Source: Macrostomum hystrix (Eukaryota; Animalia; Platyhelminthes). Taken from it: a stretch of DNA of 64,000 nt. Shown in pieces: positions 1 to 10,338 of the stretch. Numbering within the stretch: the stretch's first letter is position 1; every line of letters starts with the position of its first letter. The stretch covers positions 1,674,001 through 1,738,000 of the forward strand of contig CATNEN010000032.1 in the NCBI GenBank assembly GCA_950097015.1, written 5' to 3'. A model generated the notes under the pieces. The model was not told where the DNA came from. It did not search any database and saw nothing but the letters and a program-made list of their open reading frames with translations. The translations under genes were made by a program, and so were the position numbers.

Positions 1-20
1 AGACAGACAGACAGACAGAC
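1..20. repeat. (CAGA)n microsatellite, truncated by window edge
   Basis: Sequence opens agacagacagacagacagac. Confidence 0.85.
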
Positions 21-900
21 ACTTGCAGACAGGCACTGGGCATAAATTGAAATTGGCACAGCGAAGCTTACCCATTTTTGTCCTGCGAAAAAAAACAACT
101 CAGGTGGGCTTGAAAAGGACTCTAAGAATGGGCAGGCTCGGAGCTGAATCAAGGCAGAATTTTTAGGCTGACTTTTTAGGCAGCCGGGGCAGATTGGAGG
201 AGGACGAAATATTTTAAACTGCAGCCCATTGGTGAGCAGCCTTTGATCTATCGTCACCTGGCGCACGGACCGGTGTGATGCAAATTAGTCGAATTGCCTG
301 CATCCAGCTAATCATTTTCAAATTGCTTTTTTAATGAAACAGAAAATGAAAACGCGCCTGAATGCGAAGTACATTGTCAAGTGTACTCGCTTGATCATTT
401 GGATCGGGATTTGGGATTAAAATAATGGGGATTTCAGGAATTCTGGATTTCAGCAACTGGGTATCCGGAGTGAACTCTCAGTCTTGTTTTGTTACTAGAG
501 TCCTCAGTGTTTACTCCCTGAGGGAACAATCTCCCAGCTTGACAATTTGAGGAGCTGAAAGCAGCTAGGTGTTCAATTTTTTTTCTATCTCCTGGAATTG
601 GCGGAGGACAACTCCCCCAGAAAATAGGACTGCCTCGCTAGCGCAGGTGCGTAGAAAATTCACAAGAGTCGCCACTGAAAAAAGATTTCCGTAATTGTCG
701 CAACGGTGCACGGCGCTAGAATCTAGAACAAGTAATCTGCTGGACCAGTTCTCAGCATTCTGGACATTCCGGACTGATGAGCAGAGCAAGTAGAAAAGCT
801 GAGAAAATTTGAACCAAAACTGAACTCACTCGCGCCTGCTGTTGTTAATCTCCACGATTTAGGGATCGTTGCAGAGCAAAATCGTAGTAGGGTTTTTAAA

Positions 901-1352
901 CGGAATCGTACCAGGATTCGAATGCATAATCACACCAGGATTCGAAGTACGAATCGTACCAGGATTCGAGGTAGTACGAATCGTACCAGGATTCGAGGTA
1001 GTACGAATCGTACCAGGATTCGAGGTAGTAAGAATCGTACCAGGATTCGAGGTAGTAAGAATCGTACCAGGATTCGAGGTAGTAAGAATCGTACCAGGAT
1101 TCGAGGTAGTAAGAATCGTACCAGGATTCGAGGTAGTAAGAATCGTACCAGGATTCGAGGTAGTAAGAATCGTACCAGGATTCGAGGTAGTAAGAATCGG
1201 TCCAGGATTCGAAGGCAGAATCGTACCAGGATTTAAAAGCAGAATCGTACCAGGATTTAAAAGCAGAATTCTAGCAGGATTCGAATGCAGAATCGTACCA
1301 GGATTCGAATGCAGAATCGTACCAGGATTCGAATGCAGAATCGTACCAGGAT
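901..1352. repeat. Minisatellite, 27-bp unit GAATCGTACCAGGATTCGAGGTAGTAA with 24-bp variants
   Basis: Direct tandem periodicity; produces the VVRIVPGFE repeat ORF. Confidence 0.95.
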
Positions 1353-1995
1353 ACGTACTTCAAATGTAAATCCATCTAGCAACTAATGCAAACAACAAAA
1401 ACGGACACAATGCACTAATTTGAATTTCTAAATTTGGTGGCAGAATATAATCTAGGCTGCTTGCTGATGGCAACTGGTTTATATGAAATAAATAACAGAT
1501 GAAAGTAGATCAACTGGGATATTGTTAAAGCTAATTGGAGTCCAGATTGGAGGCTCACATCAAAGCTGCTAAAGGACTTATCAGGGTGACAAACAAAACT
1601 AAGTATGCTCGAAAACAATTTACCCTCCATTGAGCACACGACAATCGGTTTTCTTAATTTAGACAGCAAAGGATTATGTTCTTGTTGATAAGTAATAGAT
1701 AAACTAAACATCTGAAAATTTCACAAAAATCACGTCTTTTTGTAAAGTAAGTTTTTACTAAGAAGCCGAAAAAACACCAGCTGAAACTTCCATATAAGGT
1801 AAGATTGTACTTTTTGAGTGCATGTTCGAATGATTAAATTTCGGATTGATCATGAAATTTCGGATTGATCACCAACTTTTAGGCTCGTGGAATTTCGGGT
1901 TAGTAAATATTCGGCCACCCATTTGATTCCGCAGTTTTCTATTGACAACTTCAGCTTTCACCGGAAGCAAATTGTGAAACATGTTGGAAATAGAG

Positions 1996-4900
1996 TCATC
2001 TTCTAGTCACCGTTTTCTTCTCGCCATCGCCGACCGTCGCCCAACCGTCGACCAAGAACTCGGCGCACTGCCGGCACAGATCGCCACCAACTCCTCGGCT
2101 TTCATCATCGACGGATGCGCGGGCGTCATCGGCAACGCGTCGACGGCATCTGGGACACTCGGCGAGGCAGTCGGACGTCGACTCGACCGAGATGCCGATT
2201 TCACCGAGTTCGACGTCGTTCAGCAGTCGTTCGCCGACAATTCGCTCTGGATCGGCGACAATTTCAACCACCGAACAGCGCAATAGTTCAGCCAGCCTCC
2301 CAAATCGAGGATCTTCCTCCGATCTTTGCCAGGCGTCTGCGTCGATGCTCAGCAGAAACTGCCAGCCCGGGCCGATGGGCCTCAGCGTCACCCTGGCTGG
2401 CGCTGAAGCCGCCGACGCTTCATCGTTGGAGCAGGCGTCAAATGCAGACGAGCGCAGGCGGAGCAGGCCCAGCAGCCTGGCGCCGGACAGGCGCGAATAA
2501 TCCCCACTGTCTATGGTCAAACCGTCCGGAGCGGCAAATCTCCAGGCCTCCAGGCAGACGCTGGCCGGAGTGTCGGACGACCTGCCACCGAAGCCGTCCG
2601 GTCTGTAGGCCAGCACAGCCGAGTAGACTTCCTCGGCCAGGTGAGGCATCAGCGGCGCGATGGCCAGGGTGACAACTCGCAGCGACTCCCACAGAGCCAG
2701 CTGAGCTGAGCGTCTCAGAGCAGAGTCGGCCGGGAAGCAGTACAGGCGGTGCTTCACCCCGGCCAGGTAGGGCCCGGCCGCCTGTGACAGCAGCTGTTCC
2801 AGGTGGCGACAGACGGCGCCGGTGTCGCAGGAGCTGTAGGCGGCTTCAACGGAGTCGACGAATTGTCGCAGCAGCGCCAGGTAGCCAAGGTCGGCCGGAT
2901 GGCAGATCAGGGCTGAGGGAGACTGCTCAGGCAGGTCGGCAACGCAGCCAACAAGGAAGCGCAGGTGATTGCGCAATCGACGCACGTGACCGTCGGCGTT
3001 GGCCAGGAGGCAATCGCCGATCTCCGGGCGCACGCCGAGGCCGGCGTTGGCAGCCCAGTAGCGGAGACAGTCGGCACCGTAGAGACGGAGAACCTGGGGT
3101 CACGTGATGGACGGTTTCAAGTAATTGGACTCGATTTCTACTAGATTGACTCGTAGGCTGTTTGGTAGATTGTTAGATAATTTGGTAGGTTGAATTGTAG
3201 ATTATTGGGTAGGCTGATTGGTAGGTTCTTTGGTAGGTTGATTGGTAGATTATTGAGTAGGTTGGGTTTGATAGTTTTTGTGAGGGCCATTGTGCATAGA
3301 TTAATTGCATATCGGTTATGAGTCGGTGACAATAAAGTTCAGAGAAGATGATCACAAGTGAGTTGATCATTCACGAATTCACTAATTATCATTCGCGGAA
3401 ACTTTCGAAAGATAAGTAGAATTTTATTAATTAGCTACACGAAAAAGCGAACAGAAAGACTTCAAAGGAAACTGGGGACTTCAATTTCCTCATTTTTAGG
3501 AGTTAATCAGAGGCCAATGCTCTCTATGTGAGGATGAAATTTGGGGATATCAAATGATTAGTGATCATTAGTATTGTCACAGTTTTATCCAGCTCTGAGA
3601 CTCTGAGAAAGGAAATTAGAGATTGGAACACATTCAGAAGTCGACGAATTGAATGAAGGAAACTAGTATTATGGGGTGCAAACATCTAACAAATCCATTA
3701 GATTGAGGAAAATGGGACGCGATGCGACACTGGAGAGATGAGACTGGGAGAGATGAGACACGGGGGAGATGAGACACGGCAGAGATGAGACACGGGAGAG
3801 ATGAGACAGGAGAGATGAGACACGTGGGAGATGAGACACAGGAGAGATGAGACACGGGAGAGATGAGACACGGGGGAGATGAGACACGGGAGAGATGAGA
3901 CACGGGAGAGATGAGACACGGGAGAGATGAGACAGGAGAGATGAGACACGGGAGAGATGAGACAGGAGAGATGAGACACGGGAGAGATGAGACAGGAGAG
4001 ATGAGACAGGAGAGATGAGACACGGGAGAGATGAGACACGGGAGAGATGAGACACGGGAGAGATGAGACACGGGAGAGATGAGACACGGGAGAGATGAGA
4101 CATGGGAGAGATGAGACACGGGAGAGATGAGACAGGAGAGATAAGACACGGGAGAGATGAGACATGGGAGAGATGAGACAGGAGAGATGAGACACGGGAG
4201 AGATGAGACAGGAGAGATGAGACACGGGAGAGATGAGACATGGGAGAGATGAGACACGGGAGAGATGAGACATGGGAGAGATGAGACACGGGAGAGATGA
4301 GACACGGGAGAGATGAGACATGGAAGAGATGAGACACGGGAGAGATGAGACACGGGAAAGATGAGACAGGAGAGAGATGAGACAGGGGAGAGATGAGACA
4401 GGGCACAGATGAGACAGGAGAGAGATAAGACAGGGAAGAGATGAGACACGGTAGGTAGGAAGATTGTCTGCAAGCTGGGAAAACAACCTGCTCGGGATCC
4501 ACCACATTGCCGAGTGACTTGGACATCTTCCTGCCGGTCTCGTCCACTGTGAAGCCGTGCACAGCCAGCGTCTTGTAGGGTGCCCGGCGGGCCAGAGCCA
4601 CCGAGAGCAGCAGCGAGCTGGAGAACCAGCCGCGGAACTGGTCCTGGCCTTCAACGCACAGCGACGCCTGACCGTCGGCGTCCAGATCGTCGGCTTCGGT
4701 GGCCGTCAGCCACGACAGACCGCTGTCCATCCAGATGTCGAAGATGTCTCCGCGTTTCACCAGGCGACGATTCTGCAGCTCCGGCGAGCCGAACTGCTTA
4801 GCCAGTTGATCGGCCGGCAGCTCAAACCAGGCGTCTGCGTTGCCTGGCAACCGGCCGACGTGCTCGGCGAAGCGGCGAGTCAGTTCGGAGTCGTAGACCG

Positions 4901-7884
4901 GTTCGCCGTTGGATTCTGAGGCGCCAATGTCGGATGGAAGTGAGCACAAACAGGAATTTCTTTGAATTTTAGCGAATTCACGGGCTGGGATTGCATAAGA
5001 CAAGACAGGGATCCGATCTCACCTGATCCCATCTCAAACTATAAGTGACTCGATGCACTTACATGAGATAGGATGTAAAAAATATGAAATTAAAGAAGCA
5101 CTCCAATTTCAATACTCGTTAGAGTGCGGAAATACGTCAGTGTGTAAACAGGCGCGAAAAAGTATTGTGCACAATACTACACCTATTAATGGGTGCAGAA
5201 TGGGATGGGATCATGTGAGATGGGGTCAGGTGAGATGGGATCGAGTGAGATTAGATCAGTTTAAATTGGATCAGGTGAGATGGGATCAGTTGAGATGGGA
5301 TCAGTTGAGATGGGATCAGTTGAGATGGGATCAGTTGAGATGGGATCAGTTGAGATGGGATCAGTTGAGATAGGATCAGTTGAGATGGGATCAGTTGAGA
5401 TGGGATCAGTTGAGATGGGATCAGTTGAGATAGGATCAGTTGAGATGGGATCGAGTGAGACAAGACTAAGTGAGATAGGAAAATTTATTTGGGAGGGGAT
5501 AAGGTAAGAAAGAATTTGCGTATTAGTATTACCTGATGAAAAACAAATCAATCAGCGTGAGAACAATAGCCTACCGTCGTAGAGCACAGGAATGGGCACG
5601 CCGTGCACCCGCTGCCTGCTGATGCACCAGTAGGGCCGGGCAGCCACAAACGCCCGCATCGCCCCGGCCTCCCTCTCCGGCAGGATGCGGACGCTGTCCA
5701 GGGCCGCTATCGCCTGGTCCTTGAGAGCTGCGGTGTCCAGAAACCACTGGACTGGAGGCGCGCAGCATCACCGGCTTGCCAGTGCGCCAGTCGTACGGGT
5801 AGCTGTGGGTCAGCGGCTCCAGGTGCGCCAGGCGATCTCGGCGACGCAGCCAATCCAGCACCGCGCCAGATCCGTCAGTGAGGCAGTGCAGATCGTTCAG
5901 CTCGGCTGCCGCGGTCGGCCCGACCGACTCAACCAGGCTGGCGCCGCCGTAGCGGCCCGCCTCGGTTACTATGGAAACCATCGGCAGGCGGAGGCGGCTG
6001 CCGAGTTGAAAATCTTCGCGTCCGTGCGCTGGAGCCACGTGGACAAGGCCAGTGCCCTTGTCCTCGGTCACGTGATCAGAGGGCACAACCGGACACTCGG
6101 CGTCCTGGAGTGTGGGGATTAACATCCGGCTTGCCTAGCTTGACTTCCCTCAATGGGCCTACAAAACAACAGAGTAAACTTAAACTACCAGCCCAAACTA
6201 CTGAAAATACCCTACCCCAAACTATCTACAGACTACCCCAAACTATCTACAGACTACCCCAAACTAGCAACACCCTACCCCAAACTAGCAACACCCTACC
6301 CCAAACTACCAACACCCTACCCCAAACTACCAACACCCTACCCCATACTACCAACACCCTACCCCAAACTACCAACACCCTACCCCAAACTACCAACAAT
6401 CTACCCCATACTACCAACACCCTACCCCTACCCCTACACCCTAACCCTACACCCTACTACGTGTTTAGGGTAACCCTAAATACTCAACACGAGTCCACTG
6501 ACACTGAACGGATGTCTATAGGTGGCGCCAACCAGCGCGTCAGCGGAAAACTCGGCCACCAGCTGTCCGACTTCGCTGTCATCGCGAAAGCCGCGCCAGT
6601 GAGCGCCGACAACGGCCGTCCGACCGTCTGGCAGGCGGCGAAGCGCGTAACGCATCTCCTGACTGACGGCTACAGCGACATTGGCTGGCAGAGTCCAAGG
6701 AGTTGTAGTCCAAACCAGCAGGTGATGCTGACCGTCATAGCGAAGCGGCGAGTCGGCTGGCAAGTCTGCGCGGAGTCGAGCCAACGGCATGAGGACGAAG
6801 GCGCTGTCGGATTTGTGATCATCGCGATATTCCAACTCGGCTTCGGCCAGAGCGGTTCCGGAACTGTCCGACCAGTGTACGGGCAGGAAGCTGCGATAGA
6901 CCAGGCCGAGGCGGTGCAGCTGGTCGAAGGCCAACAGCTGGCGGGCCTGGTACTGCGGCGCCATGGTCTCGTAGTGGGCCGCTGAGGCGCTGAGAATTCC
7001 CCACTCCTGGAAGGCTGCCTTTTGCTCCGAGATGCAACGATCGGCGAATGCTCTGCGAGGGGAATTCGGGGAAGATAAAATGTTGGGATCTGAACGGTGG
7101 GATATGAGGATCTAGAAGGTTAGAATATCTTCTTTGAGGACTTTGGAAGTTGGAGGGGCAAAGTCTAGGATCTTGGATGTTCGAGGATTTAACATGAGGA
7201 TCTAGGAGGTAAGATAATTTGATTTGAGGATCTGGGAGTTTAGATGACTTGATTCGAGTATCTGGGAGGTTAGAATCTTTTTTAGGATCTGGGAGTTATA
7301 AGGATTTAACTTGAGAAACAGAACAGAATAGAATATTTTATTTCAGGATCTGGGAGTTATGAGGATTTAACTTGAGAAACAAATGGGAGTTTAGAGAGAG
7401 GATTTAATAATGAGATCTGAGAGGCTAGATATCGAATTTGAGGATCGAGATTTAGGTATTTAATATGCTTTATATATTAAAACCTGGCTCTTAGTCGAAT
7501 GCTTTTGGCAGCTGAGCACTGTCTCTCATGTTTTCCACCGACAGCATCGGCCGCAGCAGCCGACGCCTTCAACTCAATGGGCAGGCCGTGACAATCCCAG
7601 CCGAGACGGAATCGCACTTGACGGCCGCGCATCAGCTGATAGCGACTGGCGGCATCCTTCAGCACCTTGTTGAGCGTGTGGCCAACGTGCGGCCGGCCGT
7701 TGGCGTAGGGCGGACCGTCGTGCAAGCTGAAGATGCCGCCGGCGCTGCCGCGACGTGTCTTTAACTGCCAGTCGTAGGCTTCGGCCCATAGACGTCGGAT
7801 TCTGTCAGCCTGCTCCGGACCGTGCGGGGGTCGCCTGACAGGGATGACAAATTTAGGCAGGTTCAGCGATGCCCGATAGCTCAT
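1996..7884 (-). CDS. IARS2: Isoleucyl-tRNA synthetase, mitochondrial type (IARS2-like), 5 coding exons, one apparent +1 frameshift
   Basis: Exons 7884-7484 (acceptor at 7932), 7052-6503, 6104-5575, 4915-4488, 3093-1996, all GT-AG. Phases join only if one base is removed near 5750. Motifs: [16 protein letters not shown] (HIGH, 7678-7689), [67 protein letters not shown] (4515-4529), [10 protein letters not shown]-terminal CPRCRR zinc motif. About 1001 aa. Confidence 0.93.
3140..3270. repeat. Degenerate ~12-bp repeat (GATTGGTAGGTT-like) in IARS2 last intron
   Basis: Repeated tggtaggtt/tggtagatt words. Confidence 0.6.
3731..4450. repeat. Minisatellite, 16/14-bp unit GGGAGAGATGAGACAC, in IARS2 intron
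   Basis: Tandem periodicity; begins about 38 nt past the donor at 4487. Confidence 0.95.
5195..5470. repeat. Minisatellite, 15-bp unit GATGGGATCAGTTGA, in IARS2 intron
   Basis: Tandem periodicity. Confidence 0.95.
6190..6460. repeat. Minisatellite, 21-bp unit CCCTACCCCAAACTACCAACA, in IARS2 intron
   Basis: Tandem periodicity. Confidence 0.9.
7090..7450. repeat. Old degenerate tandem repeat (GAGGATCTGGGAGTT.. words) filling IARS2 intron 7053-7483
   Basis: Recurrent aggatctgggagtt and aggatttaacttgag words. Confidence 0.65.
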
Positions 7885-8060
7885 GCTTGCGTTGACTATG
7901 CCGTTGGTTGAGGCCGCAGCGGCGGGCGCCCCTGAAGTACCAGTTAAATTACAATTGCAGCCTTACACATGAAAGGGGTAGGTGCAAGAGTGCCACCAAG
8001 AATACATCCCGCACAAGTTCAGAAGGCGCAATTGGCACCAATTCTCTCATCCCACATTTT

Positions 8061-8604
8061 GGCGGGGGGCGAGCGTGCTAGTCTAGTATACTAGTTTAAT
8101 AAAGTTCTAACACGGGGCGGTGGCAAGCGGGCTAGTCTTGTATACTAAGTTAACTAAGTCCTAACACGGGTCGGGGGGCAAGCGTGATAGTCTAGTATAC
8201 TAATTTAAGGTGGTTCTAGCTTAGTTTTTTAAACAAAATTCGTCGTATATTTTATATATGAGTTTAAAGGGTGTTAGGCTCCAGAGTGCAAATCCCTGAT
8301 CCCCCCTGACAGAAGGGGGTTAGTTTGCTAGTCTAGGATAAAAACGAATGAATAAAGTTCTAACACGGGGCGGTGGCAAGCGGGCTAGTCTTGTATACTA
8401 AATTAACTAAGTCCTAACAAGGGTCTGGGGGGCAAGCGTGATAATCTAGTATACTAATTTAAGGTGGTTCTAGCTGAGTTTTTTTAACAAAATCCGTCGT
8501 ATATTTTATATATGAGTTTAAAGGGTGTTAGGCTCCAGAGTGCAAATCCCTGATCCACCCTGACAGAAGGGGGTTAGTTTGCTAGTCTAGGATAAAAACG
8601 AATG
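8061..8604. repeat. Tandem duplication of ~253 bp (8098-8350, 8351-8604) built from ~55-bp subrepeats
   Basis: aataaagttctaacacggggcggtggcaagcgggctagtcttg starts at 8098 and 8351; both copies end gataaaaacgaatg. Confidence 0.9.
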
Positions 8605-9492
8605 AACTAGCCATAACAGTAACAATCAAGTGAAAACTAATAAATAACTGACACATAGAAGAACAAATTCTGAAATTCGCTTTCTAAACAGCACTATATA
8701 GACTCGAATATGCGTATTGATAATGTTAAACGATGAGTAGCATCGTTTGTTTATTTTGTTCATCATTTTTTAGGCTTAGGATTACATAGCGCCAAAAAAT
8801 AAAAAAGATATAAACCAAACAAAAAGCGGCTAATAGTTCCGTGTGAATAAGAAACTTCAGTGACTGATGCGCATTGGATTCAGCAGGAGTCTATGCACTA
8901 CTGATCGCTGTTGTACTCGTAGATGCTAAAAAACAAAGCAGCGGAACTACAAGGTTAAAACGCAGTGAATTTTTTATAGAGTAATTTAATATTTCAGCCT
9001 GTGTCGTCACTAAGAAATAGAGAATTGATAAGACAATAACGACATACTCAGCTACAGAGCTAGATGTGCATTGATGTATTTTTCAGGTAGCTGACTAAAT
9101 TTCAAAGAACATAAATTGCGACAAGCTGACTAGCTTACAGGAGTACATGCACAGAAAAGCCTGATAAGCCTGAAAAGGGGGTAAAAGTATTAAAAACGTA
9201 TTTTATAAGTGAACAATACGCGAATCTAAAACTAATTCGCACTACAACTATGTGACCTTTAACAAGATTATTATTTTAGTGCTCCTGATGTATATTATGC
9301 TGCAGAAAATCACATGAGGACACAGATAGGCATAGGTATTAGCTATGACGAAACAGTAATCGAGATGGATAAATCATTGTTTCAGAAAAAATGAATAAAA
9401 TGTACTCTTTTATAGCACTACAAATAGTAGGTTTCATGATGCATTTGGGTTAAAATTACAGTTATACAGCCCGTGGCTCAGGCTACACACTA

Positions 9493-9720
9493 GGCAGCTT
9501 GAAGCCCAGTGGTTAGAACTTCATACTTCTGACCGTGACATCGGGAGTTCGAGTCTCAGCCCAAGGGAGGCAATTTGCACCCTTGAGCATGACACTTAAT
9601 TCGACAGTGCCTTAGTTCAAATTGATGTAATATGGGTACCAGCATCAGTTGGGGTAGACATTTAGGCGGGTGTGGCGGCCTTCTCAGTCCACGGACTGAA
9701 CAGCTGTACAGAGTCCAAAA
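9493..9720 (+). mobile_element. tRNA-derived SINE with CORE-like domain
   Basis: A-box-like agcccagtggttag (~9503), B-box ggagttcgagt (~9544), then cacccttgagcatgacacttaat (resembles the CORE consensus TGACCTTGGGCAAGTCACTTAA) and aatatgggtacc. A related copy lies at 29002. Confidence 0.7.
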
Positions 9721-10338
9721 ACTTGCTTTAAAAAATTAGTTAAATCGTTAAAGCGATAGAATAGAAAAGCAACTTGTACTAAAAACGATTGTGTAAATCT
9801 GACGGAAATGTGCGAGAAAAAATCCTTCGAAACTGAAAATTTCCAGAGGGAATTTCAAATATTCTGGCTCTAAAAATTTATATAAATTGTAAAATTATAA
9901 AAGTTATATCACATAGCAGTGAAACAAAACTAAAAGCTGAGATTCAAAATAAAGTAAGACGTTAAAAAACTGACTAGACTTTTAAAAGCATATTTAGTAA
10001 AGTTTGTTTGCGAATGAATTATGCATATTTTGCGAAGGATTCGATTTTTTGCTGACAAGAATAGATGCCTTAATAATAAAATGCACGCCAAGCACACAGT
10101 GGCTAGATAAGCGTGCCAACTTGCTACTAGTAGTAGAAACACATGCTTATGAGCACTATTTTTAATTAACGCAATTTGATTTGAGTTGAATAGCTAGCTA
10201 GAGCTAAAAATGACTAGATTATATAGATAGATATCGTCTTGTCCTTTCTTAAATTTCAAGCGATTCGATTGTTGCTAAGATCAGCGACCACAGACTGGCA
10301 AATTCTCTTTCCATGTACTCCCCGATTTAGCCGGCTGT

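Noticed and set aside
21-870. 5' exons of a further minus-strand gene (donor-like GTAAGC at ~72, GTGACG at ~257)
   Set aside because: No coding signal or matching acceptor can be established within the window.
1981-2692. Overlapping or antisense ORFs within GC-rich exons (also 4557-4919, 5603-6122, 15347-15999, 32108-32859, 52345-53460, 57767-58117)
   Set aside because: These are expected stop-poor shadows of GC-rich coding sequence with no recognisable domains.
1996-7884. Bacterial ileS or horizontal transfer
   Set aside because: The gene has spliceosomal introns and its motifs match the mitochondrial IARS2 type, whose bacterial-like character is expected.
9493-9570. Functional tRNA genes at 9493 and 29002
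   Set aside because: A and B boxes are present, but I could not build a proper acceptor or anticodon stem, and both continue into a shared non-tRNA CORE-like body, so they are called SINEs.
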